Origin: Candidatus Omnitrophota bacterium | GTDB lineage: Bacteria > Omnitrophota > Gorgyraeia > Gygaellales > Profunditerraquicolaceae | Assembly: GCA_030650425.1 (NCBI GenBank) | Contig: JAUSED010000005.1 | Span: 78,932 to 142,931 of the forward strand | Reading direction: 5' to 3' | Length of the DNA: 64,000 nucleotides | Shown: in pieces, positions 12,201 to 27,200 of the stretch | Position numbering within the stretch: the stretch's first letter is position 1 | How the letters are laid out: each line of letters opens with the position of its first letter | The notes under the pieces: model-generated | What the model saw: the letters and a program-made list of their open reading frames with translations, nothing else | The model's database searches: none | What the model was told of the DNA's origin: nothing | Program-made: the position numbers and the translations under genes

Positions 12201-15200
12201 CCAAGTGAGTTAAAATTGCTGCAGAAAATTTTGGAAGGTAAAAAAATGAAACAAATACCGCCAAGCGAGTTAGGTTTAAATTCTAGAAATGGAACAGAAG
12301 AAGCCCGCTACTATTTAAAGAATAAAATGGGGCTAAAAGGCTTAAGGCTCAGTAGTTTGGAGATGCGCTGGGAAGCTATGCGTCAGGGGTATTTCTTGAG
12401 GACAGAGTGGTTGGTTTTAACCAAAGAAGGCAGGATCCTTCATCAACCTTGGCCATTAGAGGACACCTTAGTCCTGGTTGTAAAAGCGAGAACCAGATCC
12501 GGGAAACCCGCAGGTTTTTATGTTTTTTATCCAGATGCCTCTCTAAGTCAAAGAAAAAATTTATTCATTAATATCAAACCCTATTCTCGCCAATTTTCCG
12601 AAGAATTTAAAGAGTCTCTTAAGGGAGCCGCGCAATATGTTAAGTCTCAAAGGGGTTCCCTGAAGAAAAGCAAGAATATGAAAACCAAGGCCTATAATCA
12701 GTCTCATGTCTACTTAGCCGGCTATTTTTATCCCAAATACCTGAAAGAAGGGTTTTTTGCTATAGAAGCCTTTAGCCTGACGTTTAAAGAAATTAATTAT
12801 TTTGGCCCGGTAAAAGCCTCTTACCTGAGATTTATTTTAGAGAATTTAGGCTATGACTGTGCCTTCTTAAATGTTATTTTTGAAACCAAAGAATATTATC
12901 AAAAGATAAATTTGGATATTCCGGAATTTTTTAGAGATGGCGAAGCAGCGGGTTTTAAAGGGCTAAAGGCTTTCGAATATTGTTTAGAAGCGATAAAGGA
13001 ACGCGATCGGAAAAGAGAGGTTAACCCGTATATAATTGAAGGGCTTCTTTCACACAGCGGTTTTCGAGTTGGGTATTACGGGACATTATTTACAATTTAT
13101 AAATTTTGGAATAAGCACGGAGTAGATGTTATTGAAGAGTATCAATATGATGCTTATGATCCTTCTGAATTCAAACGCCTCCTTCGCCTCCTGCCGTTTG
13201 AGCTCCCTTCATTAAAACAGCGACAGGATAGAGCTTATTATCTTGAACGTATATTGAAAGAGGCTGGCAGCATTGAGGATGTCATCTATTTGCGGGTTGC
13301 CAATGGAGTAAACGGCGATGAAGAATTTGGAGTTATAGATATACCTCATGAAGCCTCTCAGGAAAAAGCAGTATTTTTAAACGAGATAGCTGAAAAATTA
13401 GGCTCTAAAGCTCACATATTATTGCAAGCAAGGGATTTATTTGGTAGCGAAGAACTTTCTCCCGAAGAAGAAAGAGAGCGTGATTCCTTGATTGAACAGA
13501 TTCAACAATTAGCGGGTATTGATAAGAAAGAGACGAGTGAAAATGATACAAATGGCGCAATTACAAGAAAGACAGATGAGCAAATTGGGATGAAAACATC
13601 AGTATGGACTGAAATTTCCAGCTCGCCGGTGGAAGAGGAAGATGCAAGGCAGCGCGCGGTTCAAGTTACAAAGAGCCTTATTAATGACTTAAACAAAGAT
13701 ATCCTAGAAAAAAATAAAGTCACGAGAGAATCTGTTAGAGTGCAATTTGCCGATAAAACAAAAGACGAGAAAATCGAGCTCAATTTCGGTACAAAATTGT
13801 TAAATTTTGTTTCATTAATGGAGATAGTGAATATTTCCCCAGCTATCAAGGCAAAGGCTTTGATCAATATAGCTAGTAAAGACAGGAAATTCATGTTGAT
13901 TTTTTATGCTCATCTGAGGGTTTATTTCTATGATAGTTATGAAGAGAAATGGTCTTCGGTTGAATTAAACGCGAACAGGCAAAAATTTGGCCCCGAAGCG
14001 CTGTTGAAGGATGAGGCGGTAAAAAGTTTTATAAATAATGTCCTTAGAGAGCGTTTTGCTCAATTAAAGAACTTCAGAAAAATTATTAAAACATATCCTC
14101 TTCAGGATTATAGCTTAAACGGAGGCATAAAGATCAGCCTTGATAATACGATCTTTGACCTTCCCAATAGCAAAGAGACAGGGCTTGGCAGAATTGTGAG
14201 AGAGAAAATAGGGATAGTCAGGGATAAAGGGGCGCGGGGGACGATATTTACCGCCTTGGTTGAAAAGGATTCGTTTGAAAAATCCGTTCCGCGCTATCTT
14301 TTATTTTTGTCCCTTGTCGACACAGTTGAGCTTTATAACCAAGGCGGGCTTATTACTGTATACCCCAAAGACGGAAAGTATTACGGCTATAGCGATGACA
14401 TCTACATCAATACCTTTCTTTTTTATATTGTTTCTAAACAAGAGCCGGCATGGAAGCGTGTAGTTCTGAAAAGAGGGTCGAACAAAATAGTTATCGGAAG
14501 CGATGCTGATGGCGGTTTCATAACACCGCCTAATTCCAATATGCGCTTAGATTCATTGGAATTCCATAAATACGGCCCAACGTATGTGGATGTTAAGAAG
14601 CTGATGGATAGTAAAGGCAATTTTATCGCAGGATTTGCCGGCGTCGGTAAAGGCCAATATTTGGTTAACGGCATAGGATGGCCTTTGAAAGATAAGAAAT
14701 CTCCTGTAATTATTTTTGAGGGCAAATTTTACCTTACTACTGTGGTTAGATGGTTATTGCAAAAGTATGGAGAAATTCCGGTTGCAGAGCCCTTGGAAAA
14801 AGCCATTAAAGCGATACCGTTAAGGATGCTCCAGACTAAAAATACCTTCTATAGATTAGAAAAGACGGCAGCTAAACGTACGGTTTATGATATGGAAACA
14901 GATCGATGGTTGAAGAAAGATGTCTGGAAGGTTTTTCCATATGATCAAGAAGACGAAGGCTTGGGGACATATACACTTAATGAAATTGTTAGTATTCTCG
15001 TAGAGAATATAAGCAAGTCTAATCCCAAGCATAATCATCTCTTAGATTTACGTCCAGCTATTCTAAGATACCTTCCTTGTGTCAAGGATCAAAAACGGCT
15101 CGAAGCAATCAAAGCTAATCTTAAGTTAGGCATTGGTGAAGTAAAGCAAGAATTAACTGAAGATGAGCTCATGCGAAAATGGATAGGAACCGCTATCCGT

Positions 15201-18200
15201 CGTTTAACCGAAGAAAGAGAAATAACCCCGGTTTCTTCTTTTAAATTACATGCCTTATTGGGGATTGAATATCGAGTGGCTACAAAAGCTGCCCGGCGTG
15301 AAATAGAATACTTAGAAGAGATCGGTTATCTCATTAGAAAGAAGGAAGGGAGCAATGAGTATGAGCTAAATAACACCCATTTAATTTTAATTGTAAAATC
15401 GTCGGTCAATTCATCGCCGTTAGCCGAAGGAGTGTCCCTTTGGGGAGCGTCCCCAATTAGAGTGATGGCCGCGGGCATTGCCCTTATCACCTATCTCCAC
15501 CTTGTATTATTTACTCCTGTTTTTGCCGCGGAGCAAGCTTTAAAAGCTCAGCCTCTAACGATTGCTAACCCGGTAGTCTCGCTCCAAAAAGCTATAACGG
15601 AGAAAACAATACAGCAAACAGGACTCGATCAATTAAAAGTAAAGAAGGCCGCTGATGAGATAAATAAGTATATTGAGGAGCATATTAGGAAGCATAAAAA
15701 AATAGATGAGAAAGAAATTAGCTGGATATTAGGAAAGATGGGAGTTAGTTTCGCGATTATTGATAAGATTATTGCTAATAAGGAGATAAAAGAGATTAAA
15801 ATTCTTCCCAAGTCTCCGGGGGAAGAGATAATAACCATAAAAGTGCCCCCTGTTTTGCTTCCCCAACAAACGTATATCGAGCCTGCCAAGCAAACGCCTC
15901 GTGAAGCAAAGGTAAAAAAACCAACGCCGAAACCAGCAGTTTCTATTAAGGGGGAAGCCGCCATAGCTACCATTCCGCCCGGCACAAAACTTTCGTTGGA
16001 TGACAAGAAAATCACGATTAACCACCTCGTAACTTTGACCAGAGGGCCCGCCGGTATAATAATTACCATAGAAATTCCTCAGTGGGATAAAAATAAGCCT
16101 AGCCGCAGTAAGCTACTGAGTACTTTCAGCGGCGCGATGTTTACCTTATTGCCATTTTTAGGTATCGAGACGAGCCAGACGAATATCGATACTTTTGTGA
16201 AGGTGGTAGCAAGCTGGAACGGAAAAGATAATCCTAATAAACTAAGCCCAAGAGAAAAAATTTCCTATCCTATCGGAGAAGAAAGGGCGGCTGATTTACT
16301 TAAGGCCTTAAAGCCTGCCGCGCAAAGAGAAAAAATAATTGAACCTCCGGTTAAACAGGAAGAACCTAAAGAACCTTCGCAGGAGCAGCCTGCGTTAGAA
16401 AAAGAAGAGCAGATACTGCCGGCTGATGAGGTTAAGCAGCTTTTGGATGGGTTGACAAACGACAAGAACAGGGAAAACAAAGAGAAGATTAAAGAGCTGG
16501 TTACAAAAGTGGAGCGGCTTAGCAAAGAAAGCAGGTTTGCGGATGTTCCCCCCGAACTCGTGCAGAACCTTTGGATTGTGGTTGGTAATTATTATCAAAA
16601 CATAGGAGACGCAGAGAACGCTATTCGTGCTTATAAGGAAGCTGTTGAAGTTGGTAAGAAATTAGCCAAGCCATCTACCGGTCCCTATTCTCTTTTGGCA
16701 CAGCTCTATAAATCCCAAGGCCAGAGCTACCTTAAAGAGGAGCTGGAAGCCCTAATTTCATATATTGAACTGGCGAAGAGGCAAGGCATAGCAACGCCTA
16801 CCGAGGAAAAAAGGCGTAAGGAAATAGAAGATCTGCTGCACGGACAAAAAGTTCAGGCTGACGCAGAGCAAATTATGCAATTGCTGACAGGGGCTTCTCA
16901 GGATGTTGAAAGAAGAGATAAGCCGGCTGCTTTGGATAAAGTTAATCAGGCCATAGGAATTATAAAAACAAACAATATGGTTTTCCCCGGCGCATGGCAG
17001 CTTGCCGGGGAGATTTATTATAAGTTAGGCGATCTTAATCAAGCCCGGGATGCTTTCGCAATCTCCGGAGAAACGCCCGAGGCAAAATATGGTTTGTTTT
17101 TGATCGGGTTCAAGCAAGGCAAATTAGACGAGGCCCTGCCTACTTTGGGAGCCGCGATTGAAATGGCTTCAGGAGATAATAAAGACGCCTATCAAAAAGC
17201 ATTGTATGCTGCCGCGGAAGAATTAGAGAAAAGCGGTAAGCCTGAGGCGAAAAAATATTTCGAACAGATTATTACTTTGGATTCCGGAAGAGCGGGAGAT
17301 GCGCAGGTTAGATTAGGGGATATTTATTATCAACAAGGAGATTTTAAGCAGGCCGCTAAGTTTTATGCGGATGCCTTAAAGAGCGATTCTAGCGATGCCC
17401 GAAACACAGCCAAGAGCCAGCTTGCGCGGATTAGCTATAGGAATTTTATGAGGAGTACTCTTCCTATGCTTTTTGTTGGTTTGGTTTTATTCATTATCGC
17501 AGGAATCTCTGCGGGTAGAAAATTCAAAAATAAATTCAAACAAACATTAGAAAAAAGAGGGATACCTGTTAGCCAAGAGGACTTGGAAGATGAAAAATTC
17601 CAGTTAGAGCAAATAATAGCCAAGCCTGAAGCCCAATGGGTCCGTAAAGCCCTGTTTCCTTGGGGAATGATCACCAGCATAAAAAATTCTTTGAGGAGAG
17701 AGAGGATTAGGGAATTAAATAAATATAGATTTGCGCGTGACGCCGGTTGCGGGGAAGAGGAGGTAAAGAGATTCGAGAGATTGATGGTTGTTTACCGGGT
17801 TACAGGAGAAAAAGGATGGGCAAAGATAATCCCCTATCGCGTTATAGGCTTTATAGGAGGCCTGTCTTATGCCGGAAAAGTGATCTTGCCTCCCGGAAAT
17901 CAGCCAGCCGCGAAAATAGTTCAACTTTATCTTGAGATTGAAGGAGTAGGGATAATATGCAGGCCCGCGACCGACTTTTATGTCGATGAGGCTAAGGCAA
18001 TTGAAGAACTTAAAAGAAGGCAAAACGCATCCGCGATTAAGCCTAGTTTCAGCTCGCCGGTGATACCGCCAGATCGAGGGACACAATGCTTAATTCCGGA
18101 GGAATCCTCTTCTCCAGCTATATTGCCGCCTCTAGCTCCGCAAGAGCCTCTTGTTTATAGCTTTCAAGGCAGAATAGCGTCAAAGACAGAAGCAAATAGG

Positions 18201-21200
18201 GCTACGATAATTCGTGATATGACGATCAATGGTGTTTTCGGATTTAAGCTGATTATAGAGGAATATCAACGCGCCAAAAAATATGATCTGCATATCAATG
18301 ATTCCGACAGTTACCCTATTGGCTGGGTAGAATGGGAGTTTAGAGATGAAGTGCCTTATATTATTTTCATCAAGAGAAGGTTTAGCTATAAAGGTAAAGG
18401 ATTATCAGAATTGTTGATGAGGATAACGTTAAAACATATAGAAAAAATTTATGGCCAAAGAGTAGAAGATACAATAGTTGATTCATTTGTTATTTTTTCT
18501 GAATCTAGCATTGCGCGTATAACCGGATTATTACAGCGCCTATGGTTTAGGGCAGCCAAGGAAGATAAAGAAGCGATAAAGTTCCTGAAGTATCTAAAAG
18601 GCCTCCCAGACCCTTTCAGAGTATCTTCAAGTTCTCCTCTGCCCGGAATTCCCGTAACTTCTTCTCCCACAATTTATTCCGAAGATAATCTAAATAATCT
18701 AAGGACACAATCCTTAATTTCAAGTTTTGGAATTAAGTATTGTGTCCCTGGAATTCCTGGAATTCGGGACAATTTAGAAGACAGAATAATCATATATGAT
18801 GTTAACGGAAGAACAAAGATTATGAAAAAAGATATTAGGGCTAGCATAGTTGACATAGATCAGTTGCACCTTACTTCGTCTCAGAATAGATTGAGCGGAG
18901 GCAGATTTGTTGGTTGCACAGCTTGCCTTTTCTGGGATAACAATGCAGGTATCCATGGGTTTCTACATTTATTTCCTGTTCTTACGGCTGCCGAAGATTC
19001 GATCAAAGGCATTATTCCCGCAATAATCAATAATTTTAAGTTTTGGGGAGGGGAAATAAATGATATTGGTTCAGCGCTTATTCTCGCGCAATGTTCACAA
19101 AAAAATATTGCCCAAGTTTTGTTAGAGCAATTAGGAAGAAATACGAAAGTGGTTTTCGAAAATTTAACTGCCGATCCATTCGCAATAAGAAAACAGGAAT
19201 ATATTAATCGTATTAGCATCGAAAGAAATTTATTCTCTATAGACTTGCCTAAAATTCCTAAGCCTTTAATCTTTTCTATGGTTGACAATAAAAATCAATT
19301 CGTTAGTTCGCCTGTTGCTTATATGCCCATATCATCCCGAGGCGCGAGAAGGCACGCGAGATTTTGGCTGTTAATTAGTGTCGCGGAAATGGCGGGATTG
19401 ATGGTTGTGGGTATTTTAAGCCTGAGGGCCATCGGCACAATCGCCTTAATTACTTTGAGCGTATCAGCTATGCTCTATCTTCAGGCAGGTATTTTAAAGA
19501 AATGGGAAGAAATCATTCTGTCTAATCCTATAAGGGCCGGGCCCTTGAAAAAAGTTGCTTATTTCTACCGCTGGTTAGATCGCGTTGAAATTAATCCTGT
19601 CATTCTTGACCAGCAAAAAGGGCTGAAGTTATACTTTTTGTTCCTTCCTCATGAAGTATTCCATAAACTGAATTTAAAGGTCATTAAAACCTTCCGATCA
19701 ATCTTTCCGAGTTACGGGAAGAAGCTATCCGACTCTAAAACTATAGACGCCTTAGATGAATTTGGCGCTTATTTATTAGGCGCCTTTATTCCCGTGATGA
19801 TTTTAACCTTGCCGTTTACCACCTGTATTATCCATGAATCGTATATAAGAAGGGCAGCGCGCACAAATCGTATGCTTGAGGCGCTAAGGGCATTTGACAG
19901 AAAATACGAACAATTGGGCATAGAAGAACTTAATGAGGAAGAGTTTGGAGAATTAGAGCGGGGTATCATTGAAGAGGTTTTAGATGCAAATGTTGATATG
20001 TATTTATGGAATGAGAATGAACCGGTAAATAGCCAGAAAGGCATTGATCTAGACGAAGAGGCGTGGCTGCGCGGTAGTATAGAGCAATATTTTAGCGTCA
20101 ATGATCCTGCCGCAAGGCAGACGATCTTAAATCTTCTTTTAGCAGAAGAGTCAGAATATGAAAGGAAAGGCGGGTTAGGCTGGCGTTGGTTATTTAAATA
20201 TGATTCTTTAGGGAAGCCGGTAGGATTGCTGGGCCTGCATATATTCGATAGAAATAAGCTTCCTCAAGGGGTTATTGCCGGCAGCCTGATTCAGGAAGAG
20301 TCACTATATGGAAAGGGTTATGTAAACGAGATATTGTTCTGGATAACGGATAAGGGAGACAACGGCTTAAGTATATTTAAGATTACAAATTGGCTTAAAA
20401 ATAAGGAAAAGAGGCATCCCAACTACATTATGGATGGGGATACTAATTATTTACTCTTCGCGTTGTCTGAAATTATGCACCGCATAGATGACAAACGGCG
20501 TATTCTTAGGGAGAAGAGCGAATTAAGAGAAGCGGGGATAAAAGATTTGTTAACCGGCGCTTATAACAGAAGGTATTTAGATGAAAGTTTACCCAAGTGG
20601 ATAAGCGAAGCAGAAAAATTTAAGTATTTTTTCAGCCTGTTAATGCTGGACATAGATTTTTTTAAGGGCGTTAATGATACCTACGGCCATCCCGCGGGGG
20701 ATGCCATCTTAAAAGGCATAAGCGAGGAAATTCAACGCACTATGCGAACGGATATATTCAGGCCTTCTGATGTTTCGTTCCGTTACGGAGGGGAGGAGTT
20801 TTGTGTTATTGCAACATCTAATCTTGAAGGGGCAAAGAAGCTGGCTGAAAATATAAGAAAAAATGTAGAAGGGCTTTCTTTTGTGCTGCCGGGAGTTAAA
20901 AAGCCTGTCAAAGTTACGGTAAGCATTGGGGTAACTGAATATAGGCCGGGTGATGATACCCTGGGCGCTTTGATAAAAAGGGCAGACCAGGCCCTATATA
21001 AAGCAAAAGAAAATGGCAGAAACAGGGTAGAGGCCTTCGCGGCCTCTTTAGTTAGTTCGCCTATTGAAGGCTCGCGCGCGGATTTTTATCGCCCTAAGGC
21101 GGACAATCATTTGCCTTCTATCCCCAAGGAGAGGGAAGAGGCAATTAGGGGAGAGTTAAAGGGAAATCAGCCGATAACTAATATTCAAAGGCAATTTGTT

Positions 21201-24200
21201 ATTGATGTATTGAATGAGGCTCAAGGTTTAGCGAGAGAAGACGTAGAAATTGTACGTTCATTGCGGGGAATAGCTTCTATAGAAATACGCGCAGGGCCTA
21301 TGCCTAACCTTTACGGAGCTATTTATGATAATATCTTATATTTAGACACACTATTTTTCCAATCCCGCCAACGAATAGATTTTCTTCTTACCTTAATTTA
21401 TCTAGCCGGAGCCAGGCTTGGCAGAAAACGCAGGCATAATGAAGCATTTGCCAAGAAATACGCGGCAAATATTCCCAATAATAACCAAACTATAGTTAGC
21501 AGGCCGGAGTTATTCTTAAAACCCGAAGAAGTAATCGTATATTTTAAGCGCGAAGGAGAGAACATTGATAAAATCCAAAAGAACTCTATCTGGCTGCAGT
21601 TACCGGATGAATTTAAGGATTTTACAGTATTGACCCCGGCTCAAGCCCTAACTGAAGGGCTTATTATATTAACGAATAATCCGCACCTAAAGGAGCGCCT
21701 GCAAAATAATATAATATCGCAGCCAGAACGCTATAGAGTGTCAATAGAAGGAAAAGTCAGCGAGGAGGATTTACGTTCTATGTTATCAGGCCGGTATGTA
21801 AAAGCGGCAAGAGGAGAGAATAGCGGAGCTAATAATACTGTGCATATGTGGAAGGTAAAGCCGGATAGCCTAGAGGTAAAAGAACGAAATAAGGATAACA
21901 CAATTTTGGAGATTTATTTTTCCAGAAGAGGGGAACGGGAGATTTTGGTATTATTCAAGAATTTCGGTTATTCAGTGAAAAACATAACCCGGACACAAAT
22001 AGGCCTAATTAGCCCGCAGGATTTGAAACCCGGCAGTTATCGCAGGCTAAAATGGAATGAAATACCGGCCATAGCCGGGCTTTATTTCAAAGATACTTTG
22101 TATGAGCGAAACTTAGCGGTAAAAGAGCAAAAATATGCCCTTGAAGAAACGCAGGATTATGAGGTTATCGACTTCTTATTGAATGATAAAAATGTGATAA
22201 GTGATGTTTTCCAGAATATTTTTATGAGGTTTGATTTGGCCGCCGATAACGGAGAGAGAGAAGATCTTTATTACATCAGGGAGGGGGGGTTTAAAAGAGT
22301 TTACAAAATAGTCTTAAGGTCGAAAAATAACATAGAAAGATTCGCGTTTTTCGTTAAGGTTGTTAAGGCTGATGTTGAAATGACCGATTCTGGTTATCGT
22401 TATGACGCGGAGTATGCTAAAAGGCTTGTTGAGACCGCGCGCTTAGCGCGGCCATTAGCGCGGCAGAAGGAGCTTGATTCCTATCCTCCCGTAGGCGGTT
22501 ATTATTGCGTAAAGGGTAAAAACGGAGAAACAAGGATTATTTTTACAGAGGGCATTATCCCCGCGGCAAACGCGCATTTAACCCCGGATAAGAGAAACCA
22601 GATACTGATCAGGACGTATCTTTTATACTATTATATTTTTGGGAAACAAATATTTTTTGCGGATTCTAAACCGGAGAATGTTATTATCCATCATAAATCC
22701 CAGATAGGATATAGAGGCACGCTTATCGATATGGATAATATTATCTTTAGCGAAATATCCCCAGCCCATCTTGTCCATAACCTGCTTTTATACGGTTTCA
22801 AAGCAAGCGACATTATAGAAGCCTTGATTAAATTCTTGGGCAATCAAGAAGCCCACGATTTCTTAAGGTCAATTATGTTTTTAGCCGCGCAGCCGCACAG
22901 CCAGATTATGATTCCTATAGTAGAAGCGTTTAAAGGTTATAGAGATAGAGGGATATTCCAAAAGGAGGTCAGCGGAAGTTTTAAGATTAAGCAGCCTATA
23001 AAAATAGCTATCAATGATAAAGAAGTGTTAGTACCGGAACGGACAACCCTTCTTGAGATTTTAAATGATTGCTACGTGGATATTAATACGATGGATGTTG
23101 AATTAAATGGAAATCTGCTATCGCTGGGCCCCGGGGCCTTATTGACAAGCGAAAAAAGGTCAAAATATAAAAATACTATTCTAATGAGTAACGACAAAAT
23201 AAAATTCTACAGGGAATCAAGAGTTCACAAGGCTATGCCTAATGAGGTTCCTAAATTTTACACCCCTGCTTTAAAAATAAAATTAAAGCTGCTTAAGGAA
23301 ATGGGGTTTGATGGGCAATTAAAGGCCATGTCAAAAGAATTAATTAAGTTTAATTCCGCGGTTATAGATAAGGCCGTTGTAACGCCGGAGGTTAAGTCTT
23401 TTAGGCTCGTCAGCGGTTCATTATTAAATAACTTTATGAGGTATCTCAAAAAACACAGAAACCATCCTTTTGAAGGCTTTAAGCCGGATATAATGCTGAA
23501 GAGGTTTGACGATATAGATTTTGAAAGGCCGCAAGAAAGAGACAAAATGAGGCCGGTGCTTCAAAAATTACTGGCAGGCTTAAAGGATTCAAATAATACA
23601 TTTGATAGGATTTTTAAAATGTCAGCCGAGGAAGCGCGCGGCAGCAGCCCGGCCATCCAGGGCTCAAAACAACAGGTTAAGATTAAGAAGACAAAAGAAT
23701 TTGAGGAAATTTTGAAAGGAATTGTTTCAAGCCCGATTGCTAAAGAAGAGTATTTAGCTGTAGTGGTTGAGAGGGGATTTTTTGTGCCGGAAGGAATAGA
23801 AATGATAGAAAAAAGCCTTGATAAAGGCATATTGCACCCCGGAACGAAGGTGAGTCCGCAAGATTTCGCTGAATTTATGGAAAATTTTCATCTTAATTCA
23901 GGATTAACCGCGGGCTTGAATAAAATCTCTCGGCTAGCCTATTGGCCAATAAGCGAGAGTAAAAAGATATTTTATTTACCCAAAGAGTTATGGATGCGGA
24001 TTGATGGGGAAGGCCTGAAGAAGGACTTTAATCTTATAGACGACAGCTCGGCTTTAGATTTTGTAGCAAAGGCAATGGAGCTTAGCCGCCTAGCCCCGCG
24101 GATAAAAAATGAAAGCTATAAATTCATTTATGAAGAAGGCGATAGAGATAAGGCGCTTATCTTTGCAGCTAACAATGATAAGGTTATGTCAATAGAATTA

Positions 24201-27200
24201 TGGGATAGAAAAGAGGCCGCCATATATGAGCTGGCTATAATTTTTGGTTTAGGCCTTCAAGAAACAAAAGAACATCTGGAAGAGCGGTTTACTCTTGCAA
24301 AGGCTAAAGGTATTAAGCTTGGGGACCTGCCTTTATATGTCCGGCCGGGAAATACTGAATTATTTAAGATTGATAGTAAAAAAGAGGTGGAGGCATTAAG
24401 AGAATTTTATCCGTTGATAGAAATCAGCCCGTTTATCAAGAGAGTGGAGAAATTGTTGGAAGAAAATAAACCTGATCCCCTTATCCGCGGCTCTTCTCCG
24501 GTAAATGAAGGTTTTGGCGCGGTAGTGGCAGGGTTAAGCCGGAATTATTTATTTCCCTTCAACTCGCCTTTGGAGTTTTCCGGCCGCGCCCCTTATTTTA
24601 TTTTGCCGATTACGAAAGCGCTTTCTGTCGCCTCGCCGGTTAAGGGGCATAAGAGTAATTTTGATTTTTATGTAGCGCAGATAGAAAAAATATTGGGGGT
24701 GTCCTTAGATAGATTAACGCAAAAGCAGATAGGCGCAGGCCAGTTAGCCGAATCCTTAAGAAAAAAGTATCGGGCAGTTAACGAAATAAACGAAATAGCT
24801 AATCTTTTGAACGATTTTGGCGCAATTTGTTTAGATCAGGGAAGATATTCTCTTGCCAGAATTCTGTTTGAAGTAGGATTATTTTTAGAAAAGAGGCCGA
24901 AAGAGAGGATGGAATTGTTAGGGATGTTGGCTGCTGTAGATACCGACCAATCTCAAAAGGAAGCCGATGCTCAAAAAAAAGCAGTTTATTTACAAAGAGC
25001 AAAGCAGCGGTTGGAAGAAATATGCGAAACTCTTAATCCTCATCATCCGGAGATACATTTCCAATTAGGATATGTTTCCTATTTACTTGGTGAGTTTAAT
25101 TTAGCGTTCGCTTATTTTCAAACAGCCAAACGCCTTGGCCACCCGCTAGCCGGGTTTAATTTAGTCTCGATCTGCAAAGAACTTGGTGATTTTGACAACG
25201 CCCTTAAGGAGTTTCAAGAAATGATGCAAGCGGGCCTGGTTGATGGGGTTGTTTGTTCTGCTATGCTTGAAGACATAAAGGAACCCGGCGAGTTTAATAG
25301 ATTGCTCAAGGCAGTCTTAAGACAGAATAGCCAAACTGTGCTGTTTGATTTTACCATTGAATTTATCAAAATGGATTTTGATAGGGATAAGGCAAGGGCT
25401 ATCGCCAAGGAGTTTAGCTTAGAGAATGGTATTCAGAGCGCGGCGATCAAATTCCTTATTTTGGAAAGAATACTTGCTTTAAAGGATGTGGAGCTAAAAG
25501 GAAAAATGCTGGAGCAGTGGGAAACGGCGCAGATCCCGGAACGTAAGCCATTCATTGAGGCTTTAAAGGCCTCCTGCAGTGAAGAAAAAATAAATGCTAT
25601 TGCCAAAGCCTCAAGGAAGAAAAAAGATAAGGTTAGCATAAGAGCATTAAAAGAGCCCTGTTTTGCCCTGCTTGCGCTTGTCGCGGTAGGCGTTACGGAT
25701 GAGAAGATAAAGGAATTTGCCGGCTTTTTACTGAAATTCCTCAATGATCCGGTTGTTTCGTCAAACGCGCGCCTGGCGCTTATGCCTTTTACGCAAGCTA
25801 TCTTTGAAGAGGCCGCAGTGATTCTAGAAGAGCATAAAATGCAGGAGCAGGAAGAATCTGAGAAGCGTGACGCAAGAGAAAAGATAAAAGCTTTGTTGGA
25901 TCGGCATATGGCTCTGTATGATATTGTTTACGCGCCTAAGCGCGCGGGTAAAATTGATATAGAACAAGCGGACGAATTAATCTCTCTTACTGAAGAGATT
26001 CTCGCGCTTAATATTCGAGCAGAGTACCTTGATAATGGCGAAAAAGACGCGTTAAATGAGCAGGTGAGCGATATTCTAGAGGCCAAAAAGGCATTGGCAG
26101 AAACAGCGAGCCTTCAAAAAAATAAGGCGTTGGATTACGCCAGGCGTAATAGCCAAGCTTATGAAAAAGCTTATCAGGCCTTTATTGATGCCGGGATCAA
26201 GCCTGATGGTTGGTTTAAGCTAGTTTTGGTTGTGGAAAGGGAAGGTTTTGTTTTTACCTATTATTCCCTTAAGAGCGGAAAGTCTGTAAGAGTGGAGAAT
26301 GTTATAGTCATTTTCGAGGGGCGCGGTAAAGATGAATGCCGGGAGAGTCAAGAGCCTTTTGGCCGTAAGAATATTTACGATATTATTATCTTACAGGAAG
26401 ATAACGGAAAAAGCATATTTGGAGCAGAGATTAAAGAAGGTAAAATCAGTAATGAATTAGTTGGGGGAAATAATATCTATAGAACTTTAACCGAAGGCGC
26501 TGTTTATGCCGATCCCTCAGGAGTCAGGCACCTTATCTATATAGAGGAAGAGTCATCCAAAGCTTACATTTTAGTTGTTGGAAAATTTTCCGATCTCTTA
26601 AGGGTTTATGAAACAGAGAGCGAATATATACCCGCTTACCTTTTGCTACACGAAAGGGGGTTAAATAGAAAAGGCTGGGCGATGAATTTAATGAAAAAAC
26701 TCGTTGATATATTTCAGGGAGAAGGAAGCCTTAAAGTTAACCCGGGATGGCAGCGCGCAAAGCAGGCGCAGGGGATCGTTAAGGGTATGGTAGGTTCAAG
26801 ACAAATAGAAAGAAGGCTTTATTTTGAAGATAACGGCAAAGGAGCGATGTTCCATCTCCTTGATGTAAAAGGCGGGGATGTGGTAGGGATAAATAAATTT
26901 GGATATTTGATTAGTTTTAAGCCAGTGCGGTACTTGGAAAACGCGGAAGATGTTAGCGAATATGAATTATTAGAAAAAAAAGAGATAACCAATGAATGGC
27001 TTAAGGATAAAATTGAGGAGATTAAAGGAGGCGATTCCTTTAATGGCCGAAGCGCCTCGCCGGTTAACCGAACTAAAATCGAGGCCAAGATTCTAGAATG
27101 GTTTGATGGATTGATCAAGGGATTAAAAAGCCGCGGAGATATTCTGCCAGAAGAAAACTTAATTTTCCCCCAAGGTCATTTAGGTCGATGGGTTAAATTA

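Noticed and set aside
14260-14463. Small plus-strand ORFs in the other two frames (14260-14463, 17747-17935, 61408-61596).
   Set aside because: They are 60-67 aa, out of frame with the giant ORF, and have no motifs. They are chance ORFs.
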